Part shown: piece after piece, positions 1-7,685 of the stretch
Layout of the letters: each line of letters begins with the position of its first letter
How positions within the stretch are numbered: position 1 is the stretch's first letter
NCBI GenBank assembly: GCA_037140395.1
Contig: JBAXEO010000003.1
Coordinates: 1-38,564, forward strand
Source of the DNA: Coriobacteriia bacterium
GTDB taxonomy: Bacteria > Actinomycetota > Coriobacteriia > Anaerosomatales > JAAXUF01
Direction of reading: 5' to 3'
Length of the DNA stretch: 38,564 bases
The notes under the pieces: model-generated
Database searches by the model: none
Told to the model about the DNA's origin: nothing
The model's input: only the letters and a program-made list of their open reading frames with translations
Translations under genes and position numbers: made by a program

Positions 1-276
1 GACGTAGAGAACAGCACCTGCGCGCGATTCGTGCCCAGAAGCGAAATGCTCCTCGATGGCCTCCCGGTTGGTGATGGGTCGAGGCTCTCGGCCGCCCAAG
101 TAGCGCGCCCTCACCTCTTCGGCGACCTCCAATGTTGGGCGACGCTTGCGCATGGTGGCGTAGGCGCCGGCGACCTCGAACACCAGCGTGTCACCTGCCT
201 CGACACCCAAAGCGCGACGAACCTCAACCGGCACGGTCACTTGGCCCTTCGATGTCATTCGAGCGCGCGCTTCCAT
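1..276 (-). CDS. AbrB/MazE/SpoVT-family DNA-binding protein (probable antitoxin); 3' end beyond the window edge
   Basis: Not in the ORF track. Manual translation from ATG 276 gives MEARARMTSKGQVTVPVEVRRALGVEAGDTLVFEV..., the swapped-hairpin AbrB signature. GAGAGG SD upstream; the frame stays open to position 1. Confidence 0.88.
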   Translation of the reverse strand, partial: MEARARMTSKGQVTVPVEVRRALGVEAGDTLVFEVAGAYATMRKRRPTLEVAEEVRARYLGGREPRPITNREAIEEHFASGHESRAGAVLYV

Positions 277-301
277 CGTCCGTCCTCTCGAGGGATTCCT
301 T

Positions 302-341
302 ACGTTTGACGATAATCTTTACTACGGGCACGGTCAAACGT
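302..341 (-). promoter_or_regulatory. Sigma70-type promoter of the AbrB gene with an overlapping 9-bp inverted repeat (putative operator)
   Basis: Minus strand TTGACC(337-332)-17 nt-TATCGT(314-309). Perfect inverted repeat ACGTTTGAC(302-310)/GTCAAACGT(333-341). Confidence 0.6.
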
Positions 342-439
342 CGGTCAGGTGATGAGCGCGTAAGGTTGGCCTTCGGCAGTTTCGAAGGTCGACGTGTCAC
401 GCGCGCCCGGCTTGAGCGCGCTGCGCCAGTGCATGCCGC

Positions 440-2836
440 TCATTCCACCCGATACCCCATGGCCCGATAACCTCGAAGTCGCTTTTCCCACATCCTGGCG
501 AGCATCGGATGAGTTTCATCGACGTAGTCGTAGACGATGACCTCGCGCTTGTCGTCGTGAAGCCTGTGCAACCGCCCCGCGTACTGCTGCAGGGTGCCTC
601 GCCACGAAATCGGCATCGCAAGAAAGAGCGTGTCGAGTCGGGCGTCATCAAAGCCCTCGCCGACAAGCCGGCCGGTAGCGACCAGCACCCGCGGCGCTCC
701 CTCAGGCACCGCAGCCATCCGCTCGGCTAGATCGGCGCGTTTCCGGACACCCGCCCCACTCGACAGCGTGAATACGTGGGGGATGCGACTCGATAGTGCT
801 TCCGCCAGCAGGTCACGGTGCGCCGTTCTCTCGGTAAGCACAATCGACGACCGTCCATCGCTCGTCGCCCGAACCACGTCCTCGACAATCAGAGCGTTGC
901 GCTCGGCGTCCTCGGCCAGCAGGCGATACACCTCCTGGATACCGTCGGCCGCCAGCGCGGTCACCCCGAACGAGGTCGGCCGCACCTTCACGACGTGTTC
1001 GAACGGCCGAGCGGCTGCCTGCTTCTTGGGATTCGTCTTGAAGCGAATCGGACCGCATTGCATCGTGATAATGGGGTGATGACCATCCTTGCGGATCGGC
1101 GTGGCCGTCAGCCCCAGCACATAGCGCGCGCAAGCCGTGCGCAGAATCGCCTCAAAGCTGAACGCCGAGACATGATGGCACTCATCCACGATGACCTGCC
1201 CATACTCCGAAACGATCTCGTCAACCTGTCCGCGACGAACGAGCGACTGCATCACTGCGACGTCGATACCCCCAGACGGCTTACGTTTGCCGCCGCCGAT
1301 GACCCCGATCTCTCCGAACGTCTCGAGGAAGAGCGAGAGACGTTCTCGCCACTGCTCCATGAGCTCGCGACGATGCACAAGCACCAGCGTGCTCACTCCG
1401 CGTTCGGCGATCATCTTGGCCGCCACCACGGTCTTGCCAAAGGCGGTCTCCGCGCTCAGGACACCTTCGTCATGCGCGACCAGTGCCTTGACCGCCCGGC
1501 GCTGTTCGGGCCTGAGCGTACCGACGAAACGTGCGAGAACGGGGCTGCCGGATGTCCGCTCATCGACGACCTCAAGCTTGGCCCCGTAGCCCTCAACGAT
1601 TTCACGGACCTCATCCAAACAACCTCGCGGCAATCCCACGTGCACATCGAATTCCTGGGCGCACGAGATGACTCTCGGCTTGTCATAGGTGGGCAAGCGC
1701 ATCGCTTGGGCACGATAGAACTCGGGATTCTCAAAAGCGGCGAGTCTCACAATCTGGTCTACCAGGGAATCCGGCAGCCCGCCCTTCTCGATGAACACGA
1801 GGTTCGCCCTCACCGCGCGAATCACCGCCGGAACGTGACCGATGAGCTCCGTTCGCACCACCGGCGGCGATGGCGCAACGATCCAAGGGGTATCCCCACC
1901 GCGATCCTCCGAGGGGTAGGTCCGCACGCCAAGCACCCCGCCGTCGGAGCCCACGGCCGACAAGAAGGACTCCAGCTCGGCTGAGCTGATGCGCTGCACG
2001 GAGCTGAGGAACGTCCACTGGTCGGGATGCGGGAGGAAGTCCGCATCCACAAACACCGAACGGCCGACAGCGCGTGGCCCGTGTTGCAGCGGCAGGGCGA
2101 TCAGGTTGCCGAATCCGCCGCGCGGCAGCGTGTCCTGGCTGGGGAACAGCCGATCGTAGGACGCCAGGGCGATCACCCTGCGGCGACGCGCAGCCCTTGT
2201 AAGTAGCGCTGAACCGAGTCGCCTCGCACGCGATGCGGCCACTGGCTCGCCGAAGAAGATCCAGAGGTGTGCACCCGCACCCGAGCGCGAAATCTCGATG
2301 TACGCGGACACGCCGAGATCCTCACAGGCATCCCTGACCGTCGACACCTCGTCGCACCAAGCATCGTCATCGAAGTCGAAGACCAGAAAGCGGCATGTCT
2401 CGTCTGACAGCATCGGGTAGACACCCAAGATGCTGCGTCCGGTCAGGTGGTCTTCGACGGCTCGATCGTCTAGTTGCACGAGTTCGCGATGCGGGCAATC
2501 GGTGCACTTGATGCGGCGCTTGTCGCACACGCCAGTGCGCCATTCGTTCGAGCACACCGGGGCGTAGCCGCTCTTTCCGGTCTTGCCCTCCCAGCGCTTG
2601 GCGTAGACGTCATCCCTACCGCGGAAGAGCGAACGAAAGAGCGCGATCTTGGCTGTCGGCGGGGAAGCTGCCGAGATCGTCGGACTCGCTTGCGGAGCAG
2701 TGCTCGACATGGCAGGAGCCGGCTTTTGCACCTTGTCATGAACCTCCCCAAGCCCAAGCGACTCCCGCAACCGCGCATTTTCCTCGCGGAGCAACTGGTT
2801 CTCGCGATTGAGATCCTCGAGTTGGTCGTCTGTCAT
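440..2836 (-). CDS. AEP-superfamily primase domain (TOTE-associated AEP-like) fused to an SF2 DEAD/DEAH (ResIII-like) helicase
   Basis: N-terminal coiled coil; FRGRDDVYAKRW; Cys cluster C-x8-C-x6-CxxC; AEP motifs FLVFDFD, SRSGAGAH, NLIALP. Helicase motifs AETAFGKT, DECHH, LTAT, GEGFD, QYAGRLHR. Confidence 0.85.
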   Translation of the reverse strand: MTDDQLEDLNRENQLLREENARLRESLGLGEVHDKVQKPAPAMSSTAPQASPTISAASPPTAKIALFRSLFRGRDDVYAKRWEGKTGKSGYAPVCSNEWRTGVCDKRRIKCTDCPHRELVQLDDRAVEDHLTGRSILGVYPMLSDETCRFLVFDFDDDAWCDEVSTVRDACEDLGVSAYIEISRSGAGAHLWIFFGEPVAASRARRLGSALLTRAARRRRVIALASYDRLFPSQDTLPRGGFGNLIALPLQHGPRAVGRSVFVDADFLPHPDQWTFLSSVQRISSAELESFLSAVGSDGGVLGVRTYPSEDRGGDTPWIVAPSPPVVRTELIGHVPAVIRAVRANLVFIEKGGLPDSLVDQIVRLAAFENPEFYRAQAMRLPTYDKPRVISCAQEFDVHVGLPRGCLDEVREIVEGYGAKLEVVDERTSGSPVLARFVGTLRPEQRRAVKALVAHDEGVLSAETAFGKTVVAAKMIAERGVSTLVLVHRRELMEQWRERLSLFLETFGEIGVIGGGKRKPSGGIDVAVMQSLVRRGQVDEIVSEYGQVIVDECHHVSAFSFEAILRTACARYVLGLTATPIRKDGHHPIITMQCGPIRFKTNPKKQAAARPFEHVVKVRPTSFGVTALAADGIQEVYRLLAEDAERNALIVEDVVRATSDGRSSIVLTERTAHRDLLAEALSSRIPHVFTLSSGAGVRKRADLAERMAAVPEGAPRVLVATGRLVGEGFDDARLDTLFLAMPISWRGTLQQYAGRLHRLHDDKREVIVYDYVDETHPMLARMWEKRLRGYRAMGYRVE

Positions 2837-2845
2837 GAGGGGTCC

Positions 2846-4135
2846 CTACTTGGGGAGTCCGACCGCTCTATCTGAGATGCCGCCGGAACTCGAGGTACTC
2901 GCCTCGGTCTTCCACAAGGCGCTCATGGGCACCGCCCACAAGTTCGAACCGAATGGCACAGCGGTGTCGCCCGTATGCAGCACCACTCCTTGAACGAAGC
3001 GCTCGCCGACCGCCTCACGCAGCGCCTTCAGACCGGCGAAGTCCCCCGATCCAACGGTTCTTCCCGCCTTTACCTCGACACCGGCGATACGCCCATCCGC
3101 TGCCTCAATGACAATGTCCACCTCGCGCCCAGCGGCGGTCCGAGCGTGCATAAGACGGGCCCGAGTCCGAGACCATCCCAGCTGTCGCTGGATCTCGTTG
3201 ATCACGAATGTCTCGGCCAGTCGGCCTATCTGCGCCGGATCGTTGAGCAGACGCGACTCGTCCATGTCCGCAAGTGCCATTGCGAGACCCGTGTCGATCA
3301 CCGCGACCTTGGGCGACTTCACCACGCGCCGAGCGATGTCCCCAGCGAAAGCGGGCACCATTCTCACGAGCATCGCCGCTTCCAACAGCGCGACATAGCG
3401 CCGAACGGTGGTCGCGGGCATCTCAAGAGAGCGCGCAACTTCTGCCACGCTCACGAGCGTCATAGTGCGGGCCGCGAGCAGCGAGAGCAGCCGAGGCACG
3501 GCTGCGATACCACTGATGTCGGTGCGCTCCGCGATATCGCGTCGCACGACCAAGTCGACGTACGAGCTATACCAAGGCGTCCGATCCTGGGGAAGACGAG
3601 TGAGTGGCTCAGGGAATCCTCCTGCGCAGATCACCTGAGCCAGAGCGGCGCGATCGAAAGTGCCATCGGAACCCCATTCGCGTGCCGGATCCAAGAGCGC
3701 ATCCACGAATCCTTCGCGCACGCCCCTACACTCCCCCTGTGTCAAAGGCCACAGGGTGAGAACCTCCAAGCGACCCACGAGAGCATCGGCCGCGCCCGGC
3801 AGCACACTCAGATCCGCGGAACCGGTGAGCAGAAATCGCCCCGGACGACGGTCCTGGTCAACTGCCGCCTTGAGCGCGCGAAAGAGAGTGGGGGCGAGCT
3901 GGACCTCGTCGATGACCGTGGAACCGCTCGATGCCGAGACGAATCCCTCGGGATCGCTCGTGGCGGCGTCGAGAGAAGCGAGTTGATCGAGCGTGAGGTA
4001 GCGGTCGAGCGTTCCATCGGCAACGAGCGCGCGAGCGAGCGTGCTCTTGCCCACCTGCCGTGCGCCATTGAGCAGCACCACCGGACTGCGGCGGAGCGCG
4101 TCACGTACGACCGATTCGAGATTGCGTGTGAACAT
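2846..4135 (-). CDS. AAA-family ATPase (AAA_14-like) with internal HTH and C-terminal DUF4143 / PD-(D/E)xK-like domain
   Basis: Walker A GARQVGKST, Walker B IDEVQ, LTGS, GGFPE, C-terminal EVD...EVK. Start moved to ATG 4135 (MFTRNL) because a -10 box lies 6 nt upstream of it. Confidence 0.85.
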   Translation of the reverse strand: MFTRNLESVVRDALRRSPVVLLNGARQVGKSTLARALVADGTLDRYLTLDQLASLDAATSDPEGFVSASSGSTVIDEVQLAPTLFRALKAAVDQDRRPGRFLLTGSADLSVLPGAADALVGRLEVLTLWPLTQGECRGVREGFVDALLDPAREWGSDGTFDRAALAQVICAGGFPEPLTRLPQDRTPWYSSYVDLVVRRDIAERTDISGIAAVPRLLSLLAARTMTLVSVAEVARSLEMPATTVRRYVALLEAAMLVRMVPAFAGDIARRVVKSPKVAVIDTGLAMALADMDESRLLNDPAQIGRLAETFVINEIQRQLGWSRTRARLMHARTAAGREVDIVIEAADGRIAGVEVKAGRTVGSGDFAGLKALREAVGERFVQGVVLHTGDTAVPFGSNLWAVPMSALWKTEASTSSSGGISDRAVGLPK

Positions 4136-4141
4136 ACATGG

Positions 4142-4183
4142 ATAATACGCCGCCTCGTGGTGGTATTTCAACCACCAGGTGGT
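4142..4183 (-). promoter_or_regulatory. Leaderless promoter of the AAA ATPase with a palindromic putative operator over the -35 box
   Basis: Minus strand TTGAAA(4171-4166)-18 nt-TATTAT(4147-4142)-6 nt-ATG. TGGTGGT-N6-ACCACCA at 4158-4177 and ACCACC-A-GGTGGT at 4171-4183. Confidence 0.6.
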
Positions 4184-4213
4184 GCATCGGCAGCTGAGTT
4201 CTGTCCCCGCCCA

Positions 4214-4251
4214 TTGCCAGACTCGCGCTTTATGACTACTATTCTGGTCAT
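4214..4251 (+). promoter_or_regulatory. Leaderless promoter of the Phd/RelE operon with a putative operator palindrome
   Basis: TTGCCA(4214-4219)-17 nt-TACTAT(4237-4242)-7 nt-ATG(4250). ATGAC-N10-GTCAT (4232-4251) brackets the -10 box. Confidence 0.7.
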
Positions 4252-4525
4252 GACTGAGACTCGCTCACTTGCCGACGTAAAGGCTCATCTCTCCGAGATC
4301 GTCGATCTCGTCGAGGGACAGCACGAGCGCGTCGTGATCACACGGCATGGCCGTCCAGCCGCTGTCCTCGTGAGCACCCACGACCTCGAGAGCCTTGAGG
4401 AAACCCTCAGTATTCTGTCGGCTCCAGGAGCACTCGCAGAGATCAGGGCTGCCGAGCGCGAAATCGATGAAGGTGAGTACCTCACAGCGGCAGAACTCCG
4501 CGCGAAGTACCTGACGCGGGAGTAG
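4250..4525 (+). CDS. Phd/YefM-family antitoxin
   Basis: C-terminal 91 aa of the 2975..4525 ORF: SLADVKAHLSEIVDLV...ERVVITRHGRPAAVLVS...LEETL, a typical Phd/YefM pattern. Confidence 0.9.
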   Translation: MTETRSLADVKAHLSEIVDLVEGQHERVVITRHGRPAAVLVSTHDLESLEETLSILSAPGALAEIRAAEREIDEGEYLTAAELRAKYLTRE

Positions 4526-4528
4526 CGG

Positions 4529-4798
4529 GTGGCAGGATACGAGCTTCGTGTCGCTGCAAGCGCCGACCGCATGCTGGCCCGGCTCCCCGAATCAGCTGCT
4601 GCAGCAGTTGTCGAATTCATGACCGGCCCCCTGCTCGACAACCCGCATCGCGTGGGTAGGCCGCTGATGCTGGAACTCGCGGACCATTTCAGCGCACGGC
4701 GTGGGGCCTACCGAGTGGTCTACCTGATTGATGACTCCACTCGTGTGGTGCGAGTTGTGCGAATCGACCACCGCGCGGACGTCTATCGCAGCCGATAG
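4529..4798 (+). CDS. RelE/ParE-superfamily toxin (resembles mycobacterial RelE/RelG)
   Basis: AAVVEF...P.RVGRPL..EL...FSARRGAYRVVY.ID...VVRIDHRADVYR. Starts 3 nt after the antitoxin stop. Confidence 0.9.
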   Translation: MAGYELRVAASADRMLARLPESAAAAVVEFMTGPLLDNPHRVGRPLMLELADHFSARRGAYRVVYLIDDSTRVVRVVRIDHRADVYRSR

Positions 4799-4831
4799 CC
4801 AGCACCACCGCGCTCCGCTCGGCCGCCGTCC

Positions 4832-6346
4832 CTACACCCCGTCCAGCGCCCCTCTCGCACTCGGCTCGGCATCCAGACCGAGCCGCTCCCCGCGCAGATA
4901 CCGATAGTGGGCCGCAGCAGCAATCATCGCGGCGTTGTCGGTGCAGAGCTCCAGCGGTGGCACGCTCACGTGCACGCCGAGCGGCTCGATTGCTCTGGTC
5001 AGAGCCTCACGGAGCGCCTTGTTGGCCGCCACCCCGCCGCCCAGACAGAACGCGACCGCGCCCGTCTCCTTGACCGCACGGACCGCCTTGGCGACCTGGA
5101 CGTCGATGACCGCCTGCTGAAACGAAGCCGCGAGGTCCGGCACGTTGACCTCTCGGCGAGCCGCCTCCTCGTGGCGGATGTAGGTGAGCACCGCGGTCTT
5201 GAGCCCCGATAGCGAGAACGCGTAGTCGCCGCTCTTCATCATCGCGCGCGGAAAAGCGATGGCGGCCGGGTTTCCCTGCTCGGCAAGTCTGGAGAGGATG
5301 GGGCCGCCAGGATAGCCCAGCCCCAGCACCTTGGCGACCTTGTCGAACGCCTCCCCGGCTGCGTCGTCGAGCGTTTCGCCGAGGGTGTGGTAGACGCCCC
5401 ACTCGGGCATGTGTACGAGCGAGGTGTGCCCGCCGCTCACGAGCAACGCCACCAGCGGCGGTCTGACAGCAGAGTCAGCGAAGACGTTGGCGAAGATGTG
5501 GCCCTCCAAATGGTTCACTCCCACGAGCGGCTTGCCTGTCGCCATCGCGAGTCCCTTCGCGTACGCCACGCCCACCACCAGCGCGCCGATGAGCCCGGGT
5601 GCGTGCGTGACGGCGATCGCGTCGAGGTCGGCGAATGGAAGCGCGCGGGGCAGTCCCAGTGCCTCGCCTGCGCGCAACATCGCCTCGTCGATGACGCCCA
5701 CGATCGCCTCCGTGTGCTTGCGGCTCGCAATCTCGGGGACGACTCCGCCAAAGCGTGCGTGGAAGTCGATCTGACTCGCGACCACGTTTGCGAGCAGCTC
5801 GCGCCCGCCGCGCATAACGGCCGCAGCAGTCTCGTCGCACGACGACTCGATTGCGAGGATGAGCTCGTCGGCCCCCTCGGCGAGCGCGGGTGGCTCGGCG
5901 TCGGACAGGGTTCCCCACATGATGACGGCATCCTGGCCCGGGCCATAGTAGCCGGGTCGCAGGCCGACAGACTCCAGTCCAACCGACTCGTACAACGCGA
6001 TGGCCTGAGCGTTCTCAGAGCCGACTTCGAGCGTGACGCGCTGTGCGCCAAGTGCTGCAGCGGCGGTCAGCAGCGAGTCGAGCAGCGATCGGCCGACTCC
6101 GCAGCCTCTGCGTGCGGGAGTGACGGCGAGGTTCATGATGTGTGCGTCGTTGTCTGCCAGCACGGCGACTCCCGCGTAGCCGGTGAGCGCGCCCGTATCA
6201 TCCTCGGCGACGAACCATGCGCGCGACGGTTTGGCGAGCTCGTCGGCGAACATTCCGGCGCTCCACGGCTCAGGGAAGGTCTCGGCCTCGAGAGCGGCTG
6301 CGAATGGGATGTCCGTCGCGGCAAAGCGGCGAATCGTCACACTCAT
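4832..6346 (-). CDS. tsaD: Fusion of a RimI-like GNAT acetyltransferase and the tRNA threonylcarbamoyltransferase TsaD
   Basis: True start ATG 6346 overlaps the tsaB stop (ATGA). RimI motifs: PWS, IMNLAV, RGCGVG, LEV...N..AIALY, RPGYY. TsaD motifs: LAIESSCDET, GGVVPEIASRKH, NHLEGH, SGGHT, DDAAGEAFDK, TDNAAMI. No stop between the two domains. Confidence 0.93.
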   Translation of the reverse strand: MSVTIRRFAATDIPFAAALEAETFPEPWSAGMFADELAKPSRAWFVAEDDTGALTGYAGVAVLADNDAHIMNLAVTPARRGCGVGRSLLDSLLTAAAALGAQRVTLEVGSENAQAIALYESVGLESVGLRPGYYGPGQDAVIMWGTLSDAEPPALAEGADELILAIESSCDETAAAVMRGGRELLANVVASQIDFHARFGGVVPEIASRKHTEAIVGVIDEAMLRAGEALGLPRALPFADLDAIAVTHAPGLIGALVVGVAYAKGLAMATGKPLVGVNHLEGHIFANVFADSAVRPPLVALLVSGGHTSLVHMPEWGVYHTLGETLDDAAGEAFDKVAKVLGLGYPGGPILSRLAEQGNPAAIAFPRAMMKSGDYAFSLSGLKTAVLTYIRHEEAARREVNVPDLAASFQQAVIDVQVAKAVRAVKETGAVAFCLGGGVAANKALREALTRAIEPLGVHVSVPPLELCTDNAAMIAAAAHYRYLRGERLGLDAEPSARGALDGV

Positions 6347-7119
6347 GCCGAGACACCGCCAGAGACGCCGGAGCCCGGTGTCGGCGCGGAAGGGAGACCG
6401 GCTCGAGTGCGTTCGTTCTCCTCGGCATCGGAGAGGCGCGTGTAGACCGGGAGCACGTCGGCAACCTCGCCGGAGCCGCGCTCGCCGCTTGCAAGCTGTG
6501 CGACCCATGCGCCGAACAGTCCGTGCGCGTAGGGCGGCCACAGCTCCTCGTCGGCGAAGACGGCGTTGTCGGCAAGCGCCTCGGCGAACAGCGTCGAGTA
6601 CTTGTGCAGGCCGTTGCCGGCGAGCAGAAGTGGGTGTCCGAGTGCAGCCCACTCGGCGGCAACGTCGGCTGGCTTGGCTACGCGGTCGGGCGTGAGGCGC
6701 TCGGCTCGGCCGCCGCCACAGCGAAACAGCGCGGGATAGACCTCGCCGCGCATCGCGTCGCCGACGACCGCGACGGTGGTGTCTTCGTGTGCGAGCATCC
6801 ACGCTATCGCGTCGAGCGTGCTCACGCCCCACAGCGGACACGACAGCCCGTGCGCGAGCCCTTTCGCGGTTGCCACTCCAATGCGGACGCCCGTGAAAGA
6901 GCCGGGGCCGCGGCCAACAATCACGCCGCCCACCTCGGCGACCGTGAGATCGTTGGCTGCCAACAGCGACTCGGTCATCGGCAGCAGACGCGACATCGCT
7001 GCTCGCGGAGCGTCAACGACAGCCGCGCCGATCAGCTCGAGTCGATCGGCGCCGACACGCGCGAGGCCCACAGTCGTGCGCTCAGTTGCGGTGTCGAGCG
7101 CGAGTAGGATCTGGCTCAT
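6343..7119 (-). CDS. tsaB: tRNA threonylcarbamoyladenosine biosynthesis protein TsaB
   Basis: LALDTAT, GRGPGSFTGVRIG, DAMRGEVY, PVYTRLSDAE. ATG 7119 overlaps the tsaE stop. Confidence 0.93.
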   Translation of the reverse strand: MSQILLALDTATERTTVGLARVGADRLELIGAAVVDAPRAAMSRLLPMTESLLAANDLTVAEVGGVIVGRGPGSFTGVRIGVATAKGLAHGLSCPLWGVSTLDAIAWMLAHEDTTVAVVGDAMRGEVYPALFRCGGGRAERLTPDRVAKPADVAAEWAALGHPLLLAGNGLHKYSTLFAEALADNAVFADEELWPPYAHGLFGAWVAQLASGERGSGEVADVLPVYTRLSDAEENERTRAGLPSAPTPGSGVSGGVSA

Positions 7120-7673
7120 GGACGGTCGCTCCCCCGCTGAGCGTTTGCGCCAGGCATGCGCGCCGCTTCGGCAGGGTCCGGCACGCATCCCACGCCGACG
7201 ATCCCCGTACAAGCCTCGGCCCACAACGTCGCAATCTCCTCACCGCGTATGCCGCGCGGTTCGAGAGCCAGCACGCGCGCATCGTCGCCCGTGATCCGGA
7301 TGCGAACAACCACACACTCCTCGGGAATCGCCTCGGCGAAGCGGTCGCCCCACTCGACGACGGACACGCCGTCGGCCTCAAGCGTGGCCCAGTAGTCGAT
7401 GTCGTCGAGCTCCTGGGCAGCTTGTAGCCGATAGAGATCGAAGTGGTACAGCGGGATGCGCCCCTCGTGGACAAGCAGGATGTTGAAGGTCGGGCTCGTG
7501 ACCGAGTCGGAAACGCCCAGTCCCGCCGCCAGCCCCTTGGTGAGCTGAGTCTTGCCGGCTCCCAGGTCGCCGGAGAGCACGACCACATCGCCCGGCATCA
7601 CCAGAGCGGCCAACGCGTGGCCTACCGCCTGCGTGGCCGTGTCACTCTCTGTCGTGATGGTCCAAACGGGCAA
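7116..7673 (-). CDS. tsaE: tRNA threonylcarbamoyladenosine biosynthesis ATPase TsaE
   Basis: GDLGAGKT, VTSPTF, HFDLYRL, VEW; TTG start. Confidence 0.93.
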   Translation of the reverse strand: MPVWTITTESDTATQAVGHALAALVMPGDVVVLSGDLGAGKTQLTKGLAAGLGVSDSVTSPTFNILLVHEGRIPLYHFDLYRLQAAQELDDIDYWATLEADGVSVVEWGDRFAEAIPEECVVVRIRITGDDARVLALEPRGIRGEEIATLWAEACTGIVGVGCVPDPAEAARMPGANAQRGSDRP

Positions 7674-7685
7674 GGCGCGCTCTCT

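Noticed and set aside
818-1984. Long antisense ORFs (818..1984, 9723..11075, 20109..21248, 25602..26516, 31936..32898 and others)
   Set aside because: These are expected stop-poor shadows of GC3-rich genes on the opposite strand, with no recognisable motifs or SDs.
2975-4249. 516-aa plus-strand ORF (2975..4525) that looks like a long N-terminal fusion to the antitoxin
   Set aside because: The first ~425 codons are mostly the antisense shadow of the AAA gene. A good leaderless promoter sits directly before ATG 4250.
6347-6841. Arg-rich N-terminal extension of the 669-aa rimI-tsaD ORF
   Set aside because: It overlaps tsaB in another frame. The real start is ATG 6346, coupled to the tsaB stop, so this is not a triple fusion.
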